Source of the DNA: Alphaproteobacteria bacterium UBA3650
Lineage (GTDB): Bacteria > Pseudomonadota > Alphaproteobacteria > CAAHEQ01 > UBA3637
NCBI GenBank assembly: GCA_002373815.1
Contig: DFKH01000083.1
Location: forward strand, 2,376-66,375
Length of the DNA stretch: 64,000 bases
Reading direction: 5' to 3'
The notes beneath the pieces are model-generated. The model searched no databases and was not told the origin of the DNA. It saw only the letters and a list, made by a program, of their open reading frames with translations. How positions within the stretch are numbered: position 1 is the stretch's first letter; the number at the start of each line of letters is the position of its first letter. This document shows positions 48,498 through 59,559 of the stretch, piece by piece. Made by a program: the position numbers and the translations under genes.

Positions 48498-49757
48498 TTA
48501 TTCCCCTTTCAGCCACTTACAAATGGTTTTATAAGATGGCGTTTTACATTTTGGCCCCATAATGGCTACCGTTGGCGCAGTAGAAAACATCTGCTTTGCC
48601 ACACGTTTAACGTCCTTTAACGTCACAGATTTATACATTTTACACATTTCCGCAGTATCAACCAATTTTCCCAAACTGGCAAACCCAACCGCCAAACCAT
48701 CCGCCCCCTTTGACAAGTGATCGTCTTGTAACAACTCTTTTGTCATTATATTCTTTTTGGCCAATTCAACTTCCTGTCTTGTTACTGTTTGAGTGAAATT
48801 AGCATATTCTTTGGACACAATTTTCAAAACGTCATTGACATTTTCTGGGCTAACCTGCAAACGAATTCCATAAACGCGAATGGAATCTTTTATATATCCC
48901 ATGGGCATAATGGAATAAGCCCAACCTCTTCCACGAATCAATCGATATAATCTGGAAGTAAATCCCTTGCCCAAAATATGCAGCGCCACACTCGCTGCAA
49001 AATAATCCTTTGATCCACATTTTGGCGATTCAAACCCCATAAAAATCCAATCTTGATTTTGATTGCGAATTTTGGTTTTCATCCCACCTTCATACTTGGC
49101 CTCGATTCTGGGTAATGTTACTTTTCGCGTAAATTTTGTCAGCAGTTTTTCACACAATCCTACAAACTTTTTATGTGTAATAGCCCCTTGGGCTGCACAC
49201 ACCAAAATATTATTTGCAAAATGTTCTTTCCAATATTTTCGAACTTGTTTTGCCGTCAATTTGGAAACACTTTCTTTGGTGCCTATACATGTATATGCTA
49301 TTTTTGTTCTAGGATAGGCTGTTTTGAGCCATAATTCTCCAAAAACAGTATCTGGTTTATCCCAAACCATATCTATTTCGCGCAAGACAACTTGCTTTTC
49401 TTTTTCAAATCTTTCCTCGGGAAAAGTGCTTTCTTGCAACATCTCTGTCCATAATTTCAATGCTGGCTCCACATCCGATTTCAGCACTCGAATGGGATAA
49501 CGATTTGCCCATGATGATGTCAGTCCATCATAAGCAGCGCCCAAATCCGCTAATTTTTGTGTCAAAACATCCGTCGATTTTTTGTTTGTCCCCTCAAAAA
49601 TCATGTGTTCCATAAGGTGAGTAATACCCTTTTCAGATGTCTTTTCATGAGCTCCGCCACAATTAAAACACAGACACATTCCAACGGCCCGCGCACCTTT
49701 ACGCTCGTCCGTCAAAACACGAATCCCGTTTTTAAGTGTCGTACATTTAATCGCCAT
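48498..49757 (-). CDS. M16 family zinc peptidase (second copy), inserted between oadA and oadB
   Basis: HLMEHMIFEGT inverted zinc motif. 419 aa. Abuts oadB and oadA with no intergenic gap. Confidence 0.8.
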   Translation of the reverse strand: MAIKCTTLKNGIRVLTDERKGARAVGMCLCFNCGGAHEKTSEKGITHLMEHMIFEGTNKKSTDVLTQKLADLGAAYDGLTSSWANRYPIRVLKSDVEPALKLWTEMLQESTFPEERFEKEKQVVLREIDMVWDKPDTVFGELWLKTAYPRTKIAYTCIGTKESVSKLTAKQVRKYWKEHFANNILVCAAQGAITHKKFVGLCEKLLTKFTRKVTLPRIEAKYEGGMKTKIRNQNQDWIFMGFESPKCGSKDYFAASVALHILGKGFTSRLYRLIRGRGWAYSIMPMGYIKDSIRVYGIRLQVSPENVNDVLKIVSKEYANFTQTVTRQEVELAKKNIMTKELLQDDHLSKGADGLAVGFASLGKLVDTAEMCKMYKSVTLKDVKRVAKQMFSTAPTVAIMGPKCKTPSYKTICKWLKGE

Positions 49758-51539
49758 TTATACCTCCGCGATTTTATCTCCTGTTTTGATATTATCACCC
49801 TTTTTCACAAACAGGTGTTTTACTGTGCCATCAGTACTGGCTTTGATGGGCGTTTCCATTTTCATCACTTCCACCACCACCAAAGTATCACCCGATTTTA
49901 CAGGTTGTCCTTCTGATACCAACACTTGTGTTACCATACCTGGCATTGGCGCGGTAATCACACCACCTGTCGCTGTTGGTTCAGCCTTTTGTTCGCTTTT
50001 CGGAGCTTCTGTTTTCTCTTCTCCGATTGTATATTCTTTGCCGTTCACAATGGCTTTGTTTCCATCAAATTTGACTTCAAACTTTTCGCCATTGATTGTG
50101 ATAACAGAATCATTTGACTTTGGTGCTTCTTTAGGCTCATTCAGGCGCACAGCGACTTTGCCTTTGCCAAGCAAAAAGTCTATTCCCTTTTGCCCACAAG
50201 CCGCAGCAATAAAGATATTTTCATTTGTTGTTGGCAATTGAGCGTCTTTTAATTGTTGCACATAGTGTGCTTTAGATTTATTAGGATTTTTATCATTGAT
50301 ATTGAGTACGGTTTCTGTTGTTGGTCTTAACCCCAGCTGGGCTGCTGCCATTTTCACCACCTTTGAATCAGGTGCCACAGGTGTTTTCCCGAAATAGCCA
50401 AGCACCATCTTGCCATAACCTTCCGCCATCTTTTTCCATTTGCCATACATCACATTGTTAAAGGCTTGTTGAAAATAGAATTGACTGACAGGTGTTACAG
50501 AAGTTCCAAATCCACCTTTTTGTACAACCTCTTGCATTGCATTGATAATCTCATTGTATTTGTCCATAATATTGTTATCACGCAACATTTGTGTGTTGGC
50601 TGTCAATGCCCCACCCGGCATAGGTGAAAACGGGATACGTGGATCCACATGTAAGGCCTCAGGGGGCAAATAATATTTACTTAAAGCCTCTTTCAAATCT
50701 TCTTCCACGTGCATGACTTTATCCACATCACACATTAGTTCGTAAGGTTTGCCCCGCAGCGCATGCCACATAGAAACAACATCTGGCTGACAGGTACCTC
50801 CCGATACAGGCGCCAAAGATAAGTCCACCGTATCCGCTCCCGCCTCAATCGCCGCCAGATAACAAGCGAGTCCTGTTCCAGCCGTTTCGTGAGAGTGATA
50901 AGTAATCGGGCATCTTGGCCCCACAATTTTTCGTGCTGCTTTAATTGTGTCATATACTGTTTGGGGTGTTCCCGTTCCACTTGCATCTTTAAAGGCTAAG
51001 GAATCAAAGGGGATTTTTGCCTTGATAAATGCTTTTAATCTATTGGCATAAAATTCGGCTGTATGCGCCCCTGTCAATTTTGGAGGTAGACTCATCATGG
51101 CAATCGCCAATTGATGTTTCATGCCCGCTTTTTTAATACATTCTGCACTATATTTCAAATTATTAGGATCGTTTAGAGCATCAAAATTACGCACCGTTGT
51201 GACGCCATGCTTTTTAAATAAATCAGCATGCAATTTAATCAAATCAGAACTCATGGAATCCAACGCCACCACATTGACACCGCGCGCCAATGTTTGCAAA
51301 TTTGCCTTAGGACCTGCCGCTTTTCGGAAAGCATCCATCACATCAAAGGCATTTTCGTTTAAATAGAAAAAAGCTGATTGAAAAGCCGCGCCACCGCCTG
51401 ATTCTAAATAAGTGAGTCCTGCTTTAACTGCCTCAGATACCACTGGCAAATAATCCTTACTTTGCACGCGCATCCCAAACACAGATTGAAATCCATCTCG
51501 AAAAGCTGTACACATCACATTGATTTTTTTTGTTTTCAT
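49758..51539 (-). CDS. oadA: oxaloacetate decarboxylase alpha subunit (carboxyltransferase + biotinyl domain)
   Basis: N-terminal carboxyltransferase (pyruvate carboxylase subunit B-like). C-terminal biotinyl domain with EVMKMET biotin-lysine motif. Confidence 0.85.
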   Translation of the reverse strand: MKTKKINVMCTAFRDGFQSVFGMRVQSKDYLPVVSEAVKAGLTYLESGGGAAFQSAFFYLNENAFDVMDAFRKAAGPKANLQTLARGVNVVALDSMSSDLIKLHADLFKKHGVTTVRNFDALNDPNNLKYSAECIKKAGMKHQLAIAMMSLPPKLTGAHTAEFYANRLKAFIKAKIPFDSLAFKDASGTGTPQTVYDTIKAARKIVGPRCPITYHSHETAGTGLACYLAAIEAGADTVDLSLAPVSGGTCQPDVVSMWHALRGKPYELMCDVDKVMHVEEDLKEALSKYYLPPEALHVDPRIPFSPMPGGALTANTQMLRDNNIMDKYNEIINAMQEVVQKGGFGTSVTPVSQFYFQQAFNNVMYGKWKKMAEGYGKMVLGYFGKTPVAPDSKVVKMAAAQLGLRPTTETVLNINDKNPNKSKAHYVQQLKDAQLPTTNENIFIAAACGQKGIDFLLGKGKVAVRLNEPKEAPKSNDSVITINGEKFEVKFDGNKAIVNGKEYTIGEEKTEAPKSEQKAEPTATGGVITAPMPGMVTQVLVSEGQPVKSGDTLVVVEVMKMETPIKASTDGTVKHLFVKKGDNIKTGDKIAEV

Positions 51540-51700
51540 TTTCCTCTCCTTGCATAAGCAATTGCTAGGGCAACTTTATCTAAATTATTTCTTTCTTGAG
51601 CAAACAATGCCAATAGTTTCATGGCACCAATAAGCAGAATCAAAAAGGCAAAAACTCCCCCCATGCCTGCTAATGTAATAAATAATGCTTGATTCATCAT
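51536..51700 (-). CDS. oadG: oxaloacetate decarboxylase gamma subunit (small membrane protein)
   Basis: 54-aa ORF MMNQALFITLAGMGGVFAFLILLIGAMKLLALF... with AGGGGGAGG RBS. Stop overlaps the oadA start (ATGA). Not in the ORF track because it is under 60 aa. Confidence 0.5.
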   Translation of the reverse strand: MMNQALFITLAGMGGVFAFLILLIGAMKLLALFAQERNNLDKVALAIAYARRGK

Positions 51701-51844
51701 TCCTCCCCCTATTGACAGATTTTAGGAAAATTTTTGCGCAATGTCAATGATTTTATGAAACAAAAAGGTACCTGTTTTTCCTATTTCTTGACAAATAATG
51801 GCCTTCGTGTTATACTGATTTATGTATTTTTCAAAGGAGGACTC

Positions 51845-53350
51845 ATGCCCCGAAACAAACATCTTCAAAATGGTGATTTTATAAAGCTTGCCCCTTCAGG
51901 ATTGGAAGAACCCAAAGTCAAGTCCTCGGATGATTACATTCATCTTGAGAATGCCCTTTTCCCTCGCTCTCAAAAGCCGCGTCGCACAAAAGGCATCAAG
52001 CGTGTAGCTGGTGTTGCTGCTGCGCTGACTCTTTTGTCCGCAGGAGGCATGAAATCTTGTTCCGATACTGAAAATACACAAGCAACGCAAGAAGCCAGAG
52101 ACAAAGCACGTATCACTTGGCTTGCAGAAACAAGCGGTCAACAACTTCACTTTCCTGCAATTTCGCAAGAGGCAATCTATGACACTTTTCAAGCTTCTGA
52201 GGTAGCTGCTGAACAAAATACGCACAATCACATTTTACGTGTTTTTCAAAATATTCCAACAGCAAAGGGTATAGAGCCTCAACAATTAAACCTTTGTGCT
52301 TCTGCCTTTAAAACCTTTACCACATCACCCAAAGGTGTTTGTTTTGCCCCCAATGTTCCAGAATCTTGTTATACAAATTTTTTAGACATGGCTCTTTGTA
52401 TGCCTTCATCAGATTTACAATATCTAGCCAATAATGAAATTGAAAAAATGTTGTTTGCTCCAGAAATTTTGGCTGCCAAAAAACTTTTGCTTAAAAGTCC
52501 TACAAATACTCAAGACTTTGCGCAACGTTCTTTTGAGTGTGGATTTAGTTACAAATTGCATCAAGCCATGTTGAAACCGATTAAAAAACATGAAGGTAAT
52601 GTATACTTTATTTATTGGGACAAAACTGGCGCTCCAACTCTCTCTTCTGGTATCAATTTATCTGTATATCATTTTCTTTTGAAGTACATTCGCTTTCAAA
52701 ATTCTTCAAAGATACAAAATATTTTATATCCCAATAATCCCGAATTGCGATCAAAAGATCGTTACATAATACTCACACGCGACAATTTAAATACACTTAC
52801 AAAGTATGTCATGGAAAACGACAAAAAAAAGCTTGATAATGCCAACAATTTTAAATCTCTTTATCATTTAAATGTCCACCCACAAGACAGAGCCAAACTG
52901 GACCAATATCTTGATCTTATTTTAAGCGGCGTTATACGGACAGCCGCAACTGACATGGGAATTGGCAGACAAGAACGTGGGCCCGAACTGTTTTTTGGCA
53001 CACCAGATCATCCTATCCCAATTGAAGCTCCGAAAGTTGCTACAGATATCGCTTTCAGAGGAGGAAGTCTTAAAAAATCAAATGATTTTAGGAAAGCTTA
53101 CTGCGAACATGATTGGAAAACAGTTCGCGAAGAATGTGTTCCAGGCTTTTTTAAATCATCCAATTTTTGGCGTCGTCATATACACGGGCATCGTTTTAGC
53201 TGGCGACAATCTCAAATAGCACGCATTATGAATCCAAATTGGTTTACACGAAATACCTGGATTTTTGGTTTGTTAACACTCTCTTTTTTGGTGTCGCAAC
53301 GCAAAAAGATTGTGCAATTCAAGCAAAAACGTTCAAAGGGCAAGATTTAA
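51845..53350 (+). CDS. hypothetical protein with C-terminal transmembrane segment
   Basis: ATG at 51845 preceded by AAAGGAGG. No recognised domain. C-terminal WIFGLLTLSFLVS hydrophobic helix followed by a basic tail. Confidence 0.45.
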   Translation: MPRNKHLQNGDFIKLAPSGLEEPKVKSSDDYIHLENALFPRSQKPRRTKGIKRVAGVAAALTLLSAGGMKSCSDTENTQATQEARDKARITWLAETSGQQLHFPAISQEAIYDTFQASEVAAEQNTHNHILRVFQNIPTAKGIEPQQLNLCASAFKTFTTSPKGVCFAPNVPESCYTNFLDMALCMPSSDLQYLANNEIEKMLFAPEILAAKKLLLKSPTNTQDFAQRSFECGFSYKLHQAMLKPIKKHEGNVYFIYWDKTGAPTLSSGINLSVYHFLLKYIRFQNSSKIQNILYPNNPELRSKDRYIILTRDNLNTLTKYVMENDKKKLDNANNFKSLYHLNVHPQDRAKLDQYLDLILSGVIRTAATDMGIGRQERGPELFFGTPDHPIPIEAPKVATDIAFRGGSLKKSNDFRKAYCEHDWKTVREECVPGFFKSSNFWRRHIHGHRFSWRQSQIARIMNPNWFTRNTWIFGLLTLSFLVSQRKKIVQFKQKRSKGKI

Positions 53351-53424
53351 CTCTTACGCACAAAAAAAGACTTGCTTTTCCTTTTTTTATCTTTTATATT
53401 CAACGGTAGAAGGGGGAAAATTTT

Positions 53425-55230
53425 ATGACAAAATTACCGACAAGAAATAAAAAAGTATTAGATTGGGTCAAAGAAATGACCGCTTTATGCCAACCAGATA
53501 GCGTGTACTGGTGCGATGGTTCGGCACAAGAAAATACTCGTTTGTGCAACGACCTTGTGAAAAAAGGCACATTCATCAAATTGAATCCGAAGAAGCGCCC
53601 GAATTCATTCTTGGCACGCTCTAATCCAAAAGATGTGGCCCGTGTAGAGGCTAGAACTTTTATTTGTTGTAAAAAGGAAATTGATGCTGGTCCGACCAAT
53701 CATTGGGCAGACCCCAAAAAGATGAAAGCCACTTTGAAAAAACTGATGAAAGGCTGTATGAAGGGACGCACAATGTATGTGATTCCTTTCTCCATGGGGC
53801 CACTTGGCAGTCCTATTGCAAAGATTGGCATTGAAATTACAGACAGTGCTTATGTCGTTGCTAATATGCGCATTATGACTCGTATGGGGGCAAAGGTATG
53901 GCCTGTACTTGGCAATCAAGATTTTGTGCGTTGTTTCCACTCGGTAGGCGCACCACTTAAAAAAGGACAAAAAGATGTCGCATGGCCATGCAACCCTGAC
54001 AACACCTATATCACACACTTTCCAGAAACACGTGAAATTATTTCGTTTGGTTCCGGCTATGGTGGCAACGCATTGTTGGGCAAGAAATGTTTGGCTTTGC
54101 GTATTGCCTCCACGATGGCACGTGACGAAGGGTGGTTCTCTGAACATATGCTAATTGCAGGCTTTGAAAACAAGAAAGAAAAGATGAAGGCCTATGTGGC
54201 AGCTGCATTTCCATCTGCTTGCGGTAAAACAAATATGGCTATGTTAATTCCACCCAAGTCTATGCCCGATTGGAAAGTCACAACCGTTGGTGACGATATT
54301 GCGTGGATTAAACCGGATAAAAATGGCGTCTTACGTGCTATCAATCCTGAAGCAGGTTTCTTTGGGGTTGCACCAGGCACAAATCCAGAAACTAACAAGA
54401 ATGCCATTGAATCTTGCAAAGCTAATACAATTTTCACAAATGTCGCTTTAACAGATGATGGCGATGTGTGGTGGGAAGGACTGACGAAAGTACCACCTAA
54501 ACACTTGATTGACTGGCAAGGAAATGATTGGACACCAAAATCCAAAACGCCGGCCGCTCACCCAAATTCACGTTTTACTGCGCCGGCGAAACAATGTCCT
54601 TGCATTGATAAAGATTGGGAAAATCCCGCGGGTGTACCGATTAGCGCCTTTGTGTTTGGTGGACGTTTAGCCACCAATACCCCACTTGTGTACCAAGCCT
54701 TTAACTGGCAACACGGTGTGTATTTAGCCGCTACAATGGGGTCTGAAAAAACCGCTGCTGCTGAAGGTAAAATGGGCGAAATTCGCCGCGATCCATTTGC
54801 TATGCTTCCGTTCTGTGGCTACAATATGGGTGATTATTGGAAACATTGGATGGATATGTTTGGTAAAGTGAAACAACACCCATTGTTCTTCCGCGTCAAT
54901 TGGTTCCGTAAAGATAAAAAGGGCAAGTTTATGTGGCCAGGGTTTGGTGACAATATGCGCGTGATTGAATGGATTATTCGACGTACCTATAACAAAGTTG
55001 GCGCAAAAGAAACAGCTCTTGGTTGGATGCCAAACTATAAAGATATGACATGGCGAGGTCTTCAAATGACCGAGAAACAATTCGACGAGCTGATGTCTGT
55101 TGACAAAAAATTAGCTCTTCAAGATGTCAATGCGCAAGGCGAATATTTTGAACAATTCTTAAAGGGTAATCGCTTGCCATCTGACATTGATGCAGAATTG
55201 GTTTTGCTGGCAAACAGACTCAATCGTTGA
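53425..55230 (+). CDS. pckG: phosphoenolpyruvate carboxykinase (GTP)
   Basis: Kinase-1a motif FPSACGKTN. ~600 aa, typical of GTP-type PEPCK. Confidence 0.9.
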   Translation: MTKLPTRNKKVLDWVKEMTALCQPDSVYWCDGSAQENTRLCNDLVKKGTFIKLNPKKRPNSFLARSNPKDVARVEARTFICCKKEIDAGPTNHWADPKKMKATLKKLMKGCMKGRTMYVIPFSMGPLGSPIAKIGIEITDSAYVVANMRIMTRMGAKVWPVLGNQDFVRCFHSVGAPLKKGQKDVAWPCNPDNTYITHFPETREIISFGSGYGGNALLGKKCLALRIASTMARDEGWFSEHMLIAGFENKKEKMKAYVAAAFPSACGKTNMAMLIPPKSMPDWKVTTVGDDIAWIKPDKNGVLRAINPEAGFFGVAPGTNPETNKNAIESCKANTIFTNVALTDDGDVWWEGLTKVPPKHLIDWQGNDWTPKSKTPAAHPNSRFTAPAKQCPCIDKDWENPAGVPISAFVFGGRLATNTPLVYQAFNWQHGVYLAATMGSEKTAAAEGKMGEIRRDPFAMLPFCGYNMGDYWKHWMDMFGKVKQHPLFFRVNWFRKDKKGKFMWPGFGDNMRVIEWIIRRTYNKVGAKETALGWMPNYKDMTWRGLQMTEKQFDELMSVDKKLALQDVNAQGEYFEQFLKGNRLPSDIDAELVLLANRLNR

Positions 55231-55233
55231 TTT

Positions 55234-56754
55234 TTAATATTCAACAGAATTGTTTCGAAGCGTTCTTTTGATCTGCTTACGGTGACGTTGATTAGCAAGT
55301 CTTTCTTCCTTTGTTGGTTTTTTATGCCAATGGACGATTTCTTGTTCTTCCTCAGTCAAATCAGGCATTTCATATGTTAAATAACTTTTCTTTGCCTCAT
55401 GAGGTTGAGGTGCTTGTTGTTTCTTTTTTCTAGATTTAGTTTGGATATTGTATTTGTGTGATTCAAAATTTGACGTTTCAATGAACGGAGAATATACGCC
55501 TAATGCATGGTCTGCCAATTGTTTTGGTAATGGGGTATCATGAATATTGACAATACACACGGATAATCCTGCTTCTTTAGCCTTTTGCAGAGAAGCCATA
55601 AAATCGGTGTCTTTGGTTAACAAATAAATTGTATCAATTGAGGAATCAAAGCGAGCCAATGTCATATCATACACAATTCTGTCATCCACATCATACTGTT
55701 GAATATTCGCTTCAAAATCACTGGCTGTTCTTTTATTATGGGGTGTCATCCATTTAGTTTCTTTCAAAATGGAATAATAAGGTTCCCTTTGCTGGATAAT
55801 ACCTTGACTTACAATCGCCCCGTCAATTTTGTCTGGTACATCCGCTCTTATGTTATCTTTGAGCGATTTTTTAGGATTTCTAATTTTGCTGTGCAATTTT
55901 TTTGTTGCGTAACAAATCTTTTCCAAATTTCCCACACCTAATCGTTTAGAAATTTGATCAATTAACTGAGAAATATTTTTTCCGTTGATTTCTAATTTAT
56001 TATTGTGGAGATATGCCGCAATACATCCCATATCCAACATCAAAATATTTCTTTTTATAGGATTTTTTTTACGCAAATCTTTTAATAATTTGGGCATATA
56101 TTCTTCTAAATAAATACCTAATTTCTCTTGATCTTCCTTTATATTCGATATGGAAGACATCACTGGTTCTTGAGAAGTTAAAGAGGCATCTAATTCTGGT
56201 CTTTTGCCGTAAAAGCGAATCCAATCAACATCCAAACCAAAAGCATTTGTCACATCAGCTGCATATCTCAGATCTTGAGGATTTCCCAATACAAAAACTT
56301 TCTCTACCTTGTGACGAATAGCTGTTTCCGCCATTGCATCCACCAGCTTACTTGTAACTCCTTTTTTGGGGACTTGCAACACAAAATCATCATCTGTCAA
56401 TGTTTTAGGGTCTTTTTCAAAACTTTCAGGCTTCATAATCCAGGCCCCATAATCCATTTTTTGACTCCGCCCCCAAAATGTATTAAATTCCACTGCATTT
56501 GGTATTTTTGCTTTATGTAGTGTTGGTTTCATATCTTCTTCATTAAATTTTCTCTTACTAATGGGAAAAACGGCATCGTATAAAGGACGGGCGCCATAGT
56601 AGTTTACTTTCACCTTCAATTCAGGATCACTTTTTTTAATTTCAGACACAGCCTTATACACAAATTGACAAATTGTTTGTGGTGTGTATGGTTCTTTGGC
56701 TTCTAAAATTTGATTTTTAAGTACTTCTCCGTCTATTAATAATACTGTTTCCAT
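55234..56754 (-). CDS. NYN/LabA-like domain protein with a large N-terminal uncharacterised region
   Basis: C-terminal region IYLLTKDTDFMASLQKAKEAGLSVCIVN resembles the NYN (LabA-like) ribonuclease-fold core. Confidence 0.45.
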   Translation of the reverse strand: METVLLIDGEVLKNQILEAKEPYTPQTICQFVYKAVSEIKKSDPELKVKVNYYGARPLYDAVFPISKRKFNEEDMKPTLHKAKIPNAVEFNTFWGRSQKMDYGAWIMKPESFEKDPKTLTDDDFVLQVPKKGVTSKLVDAMAETAIRHKVEKVFVLGNPQDLRYAADVTNAFGLDVDWIRFYGKRPELDASLTSQEPVMSSISNIKEDQEKLGIYLEEYMPKLLKDLRKKNPIKRNILMLDMGCIAAYLHNNKLEINGKNISQLIDQISKRLGVGNLEKICYATKKLHSKIRNPKKSLKDNIRADVPDKIDGAIVSQGIIQQREPYYSILKETKWMTPHNKRTASDFEANIQQYDVDDRIVYDMTLARFDSSIDTIYLLTKDTDFMASLQKAKEAGLSVCIVNIHDTPLPKQLADHALGVYSPFIETSNFESHKYNIQTKSRKKKQQAPQPHEAKKSYLTYEMPDLTEEEQEIVHWHKKPTKEERLANQRHRKQIKRTLRNNSVEY

Positions 56755-56762
56755 TTTCTACC

Positions 56763-58031
56763 TCATTGATTCATCTTATCAAAAAAATCATCATTTGTTT
56801 TTGTTGCTTTTAATTTTTCAATCAAAAATTCCATTGCATCTGTCACACCCATTGGCATCAAAACACGCCGCAACATCCACATTTTTGGCAATCTATCCTT
56901 GCCCACCAACAATTCTTCCTTACGCGTTCCAGATTTCGTAATATCAATGGCTGGAAAAATACGTTTATCAGAAACTTTACGGTCCAAGATAATTTCACTA
57001 TTCCCTGTTCCTTTAAATTCTTCAAAAATAACTTCGTCCATGCGGGAACCTGTATCAATCAAGGCTGTTCCAAAGATTGTTAAAGACCCCCCTTCTTCAA
57101 TGTTGCGAGCAGCCCCAAAGAAACGTTTAGGACGTTGCAAAGCGTTGGCATCTACACCACCTGTTAAAACTTTACCGCTAGATGGCACAACGGTGTTATA
57201 AGCTCGTGCCAAACGGGTAATAGAATCCAACAAAATAATGACATCTTTTTTGTGTTCCACCAAACGTTTCGCTTTTTCAATCACCATTTCGGCCACTTGG
57301 ACGTGACGCGAAGCAGGCTCATCAAAAGTGGAAGAAATCACTTCCCCTTTAACAGAACGAATCATGTCTGTCACTTCCTCAGGCCGTTCATCAATCAATA
57401 GCACAATCAAGTGCGCATTTGGATAATTGGCAGAAATTGCATGCGCAATATTTTGCAACATAACCGTTTTACCTGTTCTAGGCGGTGCCACCACCAAAGA
57501 ACGTTGTCCAAAACCTTGGGGGCAAATAAGGTCTATAATACGGGCGGTTAAATCTTTATCATCTTCCTTGCCTGTTGGTTCATGCTCCATTTTGATATTT
57601 TGTTCTGGGTAAAGTGGTGTCAAGTCATCAAAATTGATTCGATATTTCAATTCTTCCGGCTTCACGAAATTGACAGTATTGATTTTTTCCAAAGCAAAAT
57701 AGCGTTCATTATTTTTAGGAGGTATAATTTCACCCGAAATTGTATCGCCTGTGCGTAATCCCCAACGTTTGATATGAGCAGGTGCCACATAAATATCATC
57801 TGGTCCCGCCAAATAATTCGCTTCTGGAGAACGCAAAAATCCAAAACCATCTTGCATAACTTCCAACACGCCTTCACCATACAGTGTATTGTTTTCCGTT
57901 TCTGTCAGCTTTTTCAAAATAGCATACATTAAATCTTGCGTGCGCAAACTGGCCGCATTTTCAACGTTCAATTCTTCTGCATAGCGCAACAGCTCTGCTG
58001 GAGATTTTTGTTTCAAATCTTGTAATTGCAT
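56763..58031 (-). CDS. rho: transcription termination factor Rho
   Basis: N-terminal RNA-binding domain. Walker [16 protein letters not shown]. 422 aa. Confidence 0.95.
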   Translation of the reverse strand: MQLQDLKQKSPAELLRYAEELNVENAASLRTQDLMYAILKKLTETENNTLYGEGVLEVMQDGFGFLRSPEANYLAGPDDIYVAPAHIKRWGLRTGDTISGEIIPPKNNERYFALEKINTVNFVKPEELKYRINFDDLTPLYPEQNIKMEHEPTGKEDDKDLTARIIDLICPQGFGQRSLVVAPPRTGKTVMLQNIAHAISANYPNAHLIVLLIDERPEEVTDMIRSVKGEVISSTFDEPASRHVQVAEMVIEKAKRLVEHKKDVIILLDSITRLARAYNTVVPSSGKVLTGGVDANALQRPKRFFGAARNIEEGGSLTIFGTALIDTGSRMDEVIFEEFKGTGNSEIILDRKVSDKRIFPAIDITKSGTRKEELLVGKDRLPKMWMLRRVLMPMGVTDAMEFLIEKLKATKTNDDFFDKMNQ

Positions 58032-58113
58032 ATTTGTCCTTTGGAAAAAATGTAAAAGAATGTGATCGACCGACCACGTGATATATTATAGCACAAACTT
58101 TTTATTTGTCAAG

Positions 58114-59418
58114 TCAGAAGTTATCTGAGGACTCACCTACAACAACTACATATTCTATTATATCGCCCCTTGATCGTGCTTCTTCAGCTTTTTGACGCGC
58201 TTGTTCCTCCTCGGCCAACCTTTTAGCATACAATTCTGACGAGCCCTTGGTATAAACACCAATGAAATCCCCATTGTTGATCATAAACACAAACGGCCGA
58301 TCGGCAATAAAGGGGATGGACCAATCTTGACGCTCTAATCTGGACTCAAAAAACGCAGCCGTCAACATATCAATCACTGTTGCGGCACTAGCCTCTGTTC
58401 CTTTTTCATTCACACCAATGTTCGCCTGATGAATAATTTTATCCACATAGTAAGGCTTATCACTCAAACCACCCAATTCAGCTGTCGCTGGATCAAAAAC
58501 CTTCTCAATACCCCATTTTTTAAAGAATTCTGGCATATTTGTAATCTTATAATCCAAATTGAATTTAGGTAATCGCAACATCACAGGCGCTTTATGATAC
58601 TTTAGATACAAATCTCCTGCTTGTAAATCTTGAATGAACTTATTAAAATCTACACCTTCTTTTGGCAAGAAAATGTACATAGCGTCCCCGTTTTTATAAG
58701 GAAGTCGTACAGACTGCATTTGCTCATCTTGATAATAATCCACTATCTGCCCTTCATAACGCATCATATCCACTTTGTCCAACTGTCCATCCAGCGAATG
58801 AAAATCATCGATCAGCGTACCATTTTCATCAAAAAACGTTTCCCACTCATCCTTAAAATACACCGTATTCACCAAAAAAAGACGACCTCCTTGTTCCAAA
58901 TTTTCCTCGTTTAATAAATGCGAAATACGTCCTTTTGTCTTTTCCTGAATCCATTCATTGATAACCGAGGTATTGTGAGGCAGAGGCTTTACCTCAGAAA
59001 ACAACTCATTTTTCATTTTCTCTTGATATTCTGGTTTAAAGTCATTACCCCAGATGGAATTATTGATTTCAAATTGTTTTTTTTGACTTATATAGGATTG
59101 CAACGCCTGATTCACAGATTGTTTTCTTCGACTTATAAAGGGTTGCGATGCCTGATTCACATAGGGAACATTTAAACGTAAAATAATATTACCCAGTTCC
59201 TTTAAACTCTCTCCCTCAGCCCCATTGGTCAACAAAGCTGCGGCAGCATAAACGGATAGTGGCGACACCACAAAATTATCTTTTTTGTTTTCAAAAGCTG
59301 TCTTTAAAAATTTTGTGGCCAAATATAAATCTTGATCTTCTGGCGAAAAACGAAGCTCTTTTGCTTCAATCCCCAATGACAAAAATAATGAACAAAATAA
59401 AATAATTTTTTTAAACAT
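58114..59418 (-). CDS. secreted serpin (inhibitory-type reactive-centre loop) with C-terminal extension
   Basis: Signal peptide MFKKIILFCSLFLSLGIEA. Hinge GTEASAAT followed by the conserved IPFIADRPFVFMI strand. ~45-aa charged C-terminal tail. Confidence 0.8.
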   Translation of the reverse strand: MFKKIILFCSLFLSLGIEAKELRFSPEDQDLYLATKFLKTAFENKKDNFVVSPLSVYAAAALLTNGAEGESLKELGNIILRLNVPYVNQASQPFISRRKQSVNQALQSYISQKKQFEINNSIWGNDFKPEYQEKMKNELFSEVKPLPHNTSVINEWIQEKTKGRISHLLNEENLEQGGRLFLVNTVYFKDEWETFFDENGTLIDDFHSLDGQLDKVDMMRYEGQIVDYYQDEQMQSVRLPYKNGDAMYIFLPKEGVDFNKFIQDLQAGDLYLKYHKAPVMLRLPKFNLDYKITNMPEFFKKWGIEKVFDPATAELGGLSDKPYYVDKIIHQANIGVNEKGTEASAATVIDMLTAAFFESRLERQDWSIPFIADRPFVFMINNGDFIGVYTKGSSELYAKRLAEEEQARQKAEEARSRGDIIEYVVVVGESSDNF

Positions 59419-59559
59419 AACACCATCCCTTTTTTATCCATTATAATTTATGTATCAAGCAAATGTCAATATTCTACCTTCAAAGTCTGGCCATTTTCCT
59501 TCAAAAACTACCTTGACTTTTAGGCGTTTTTTTGCTAATTTCTCCTTATAGGAGGCGTT

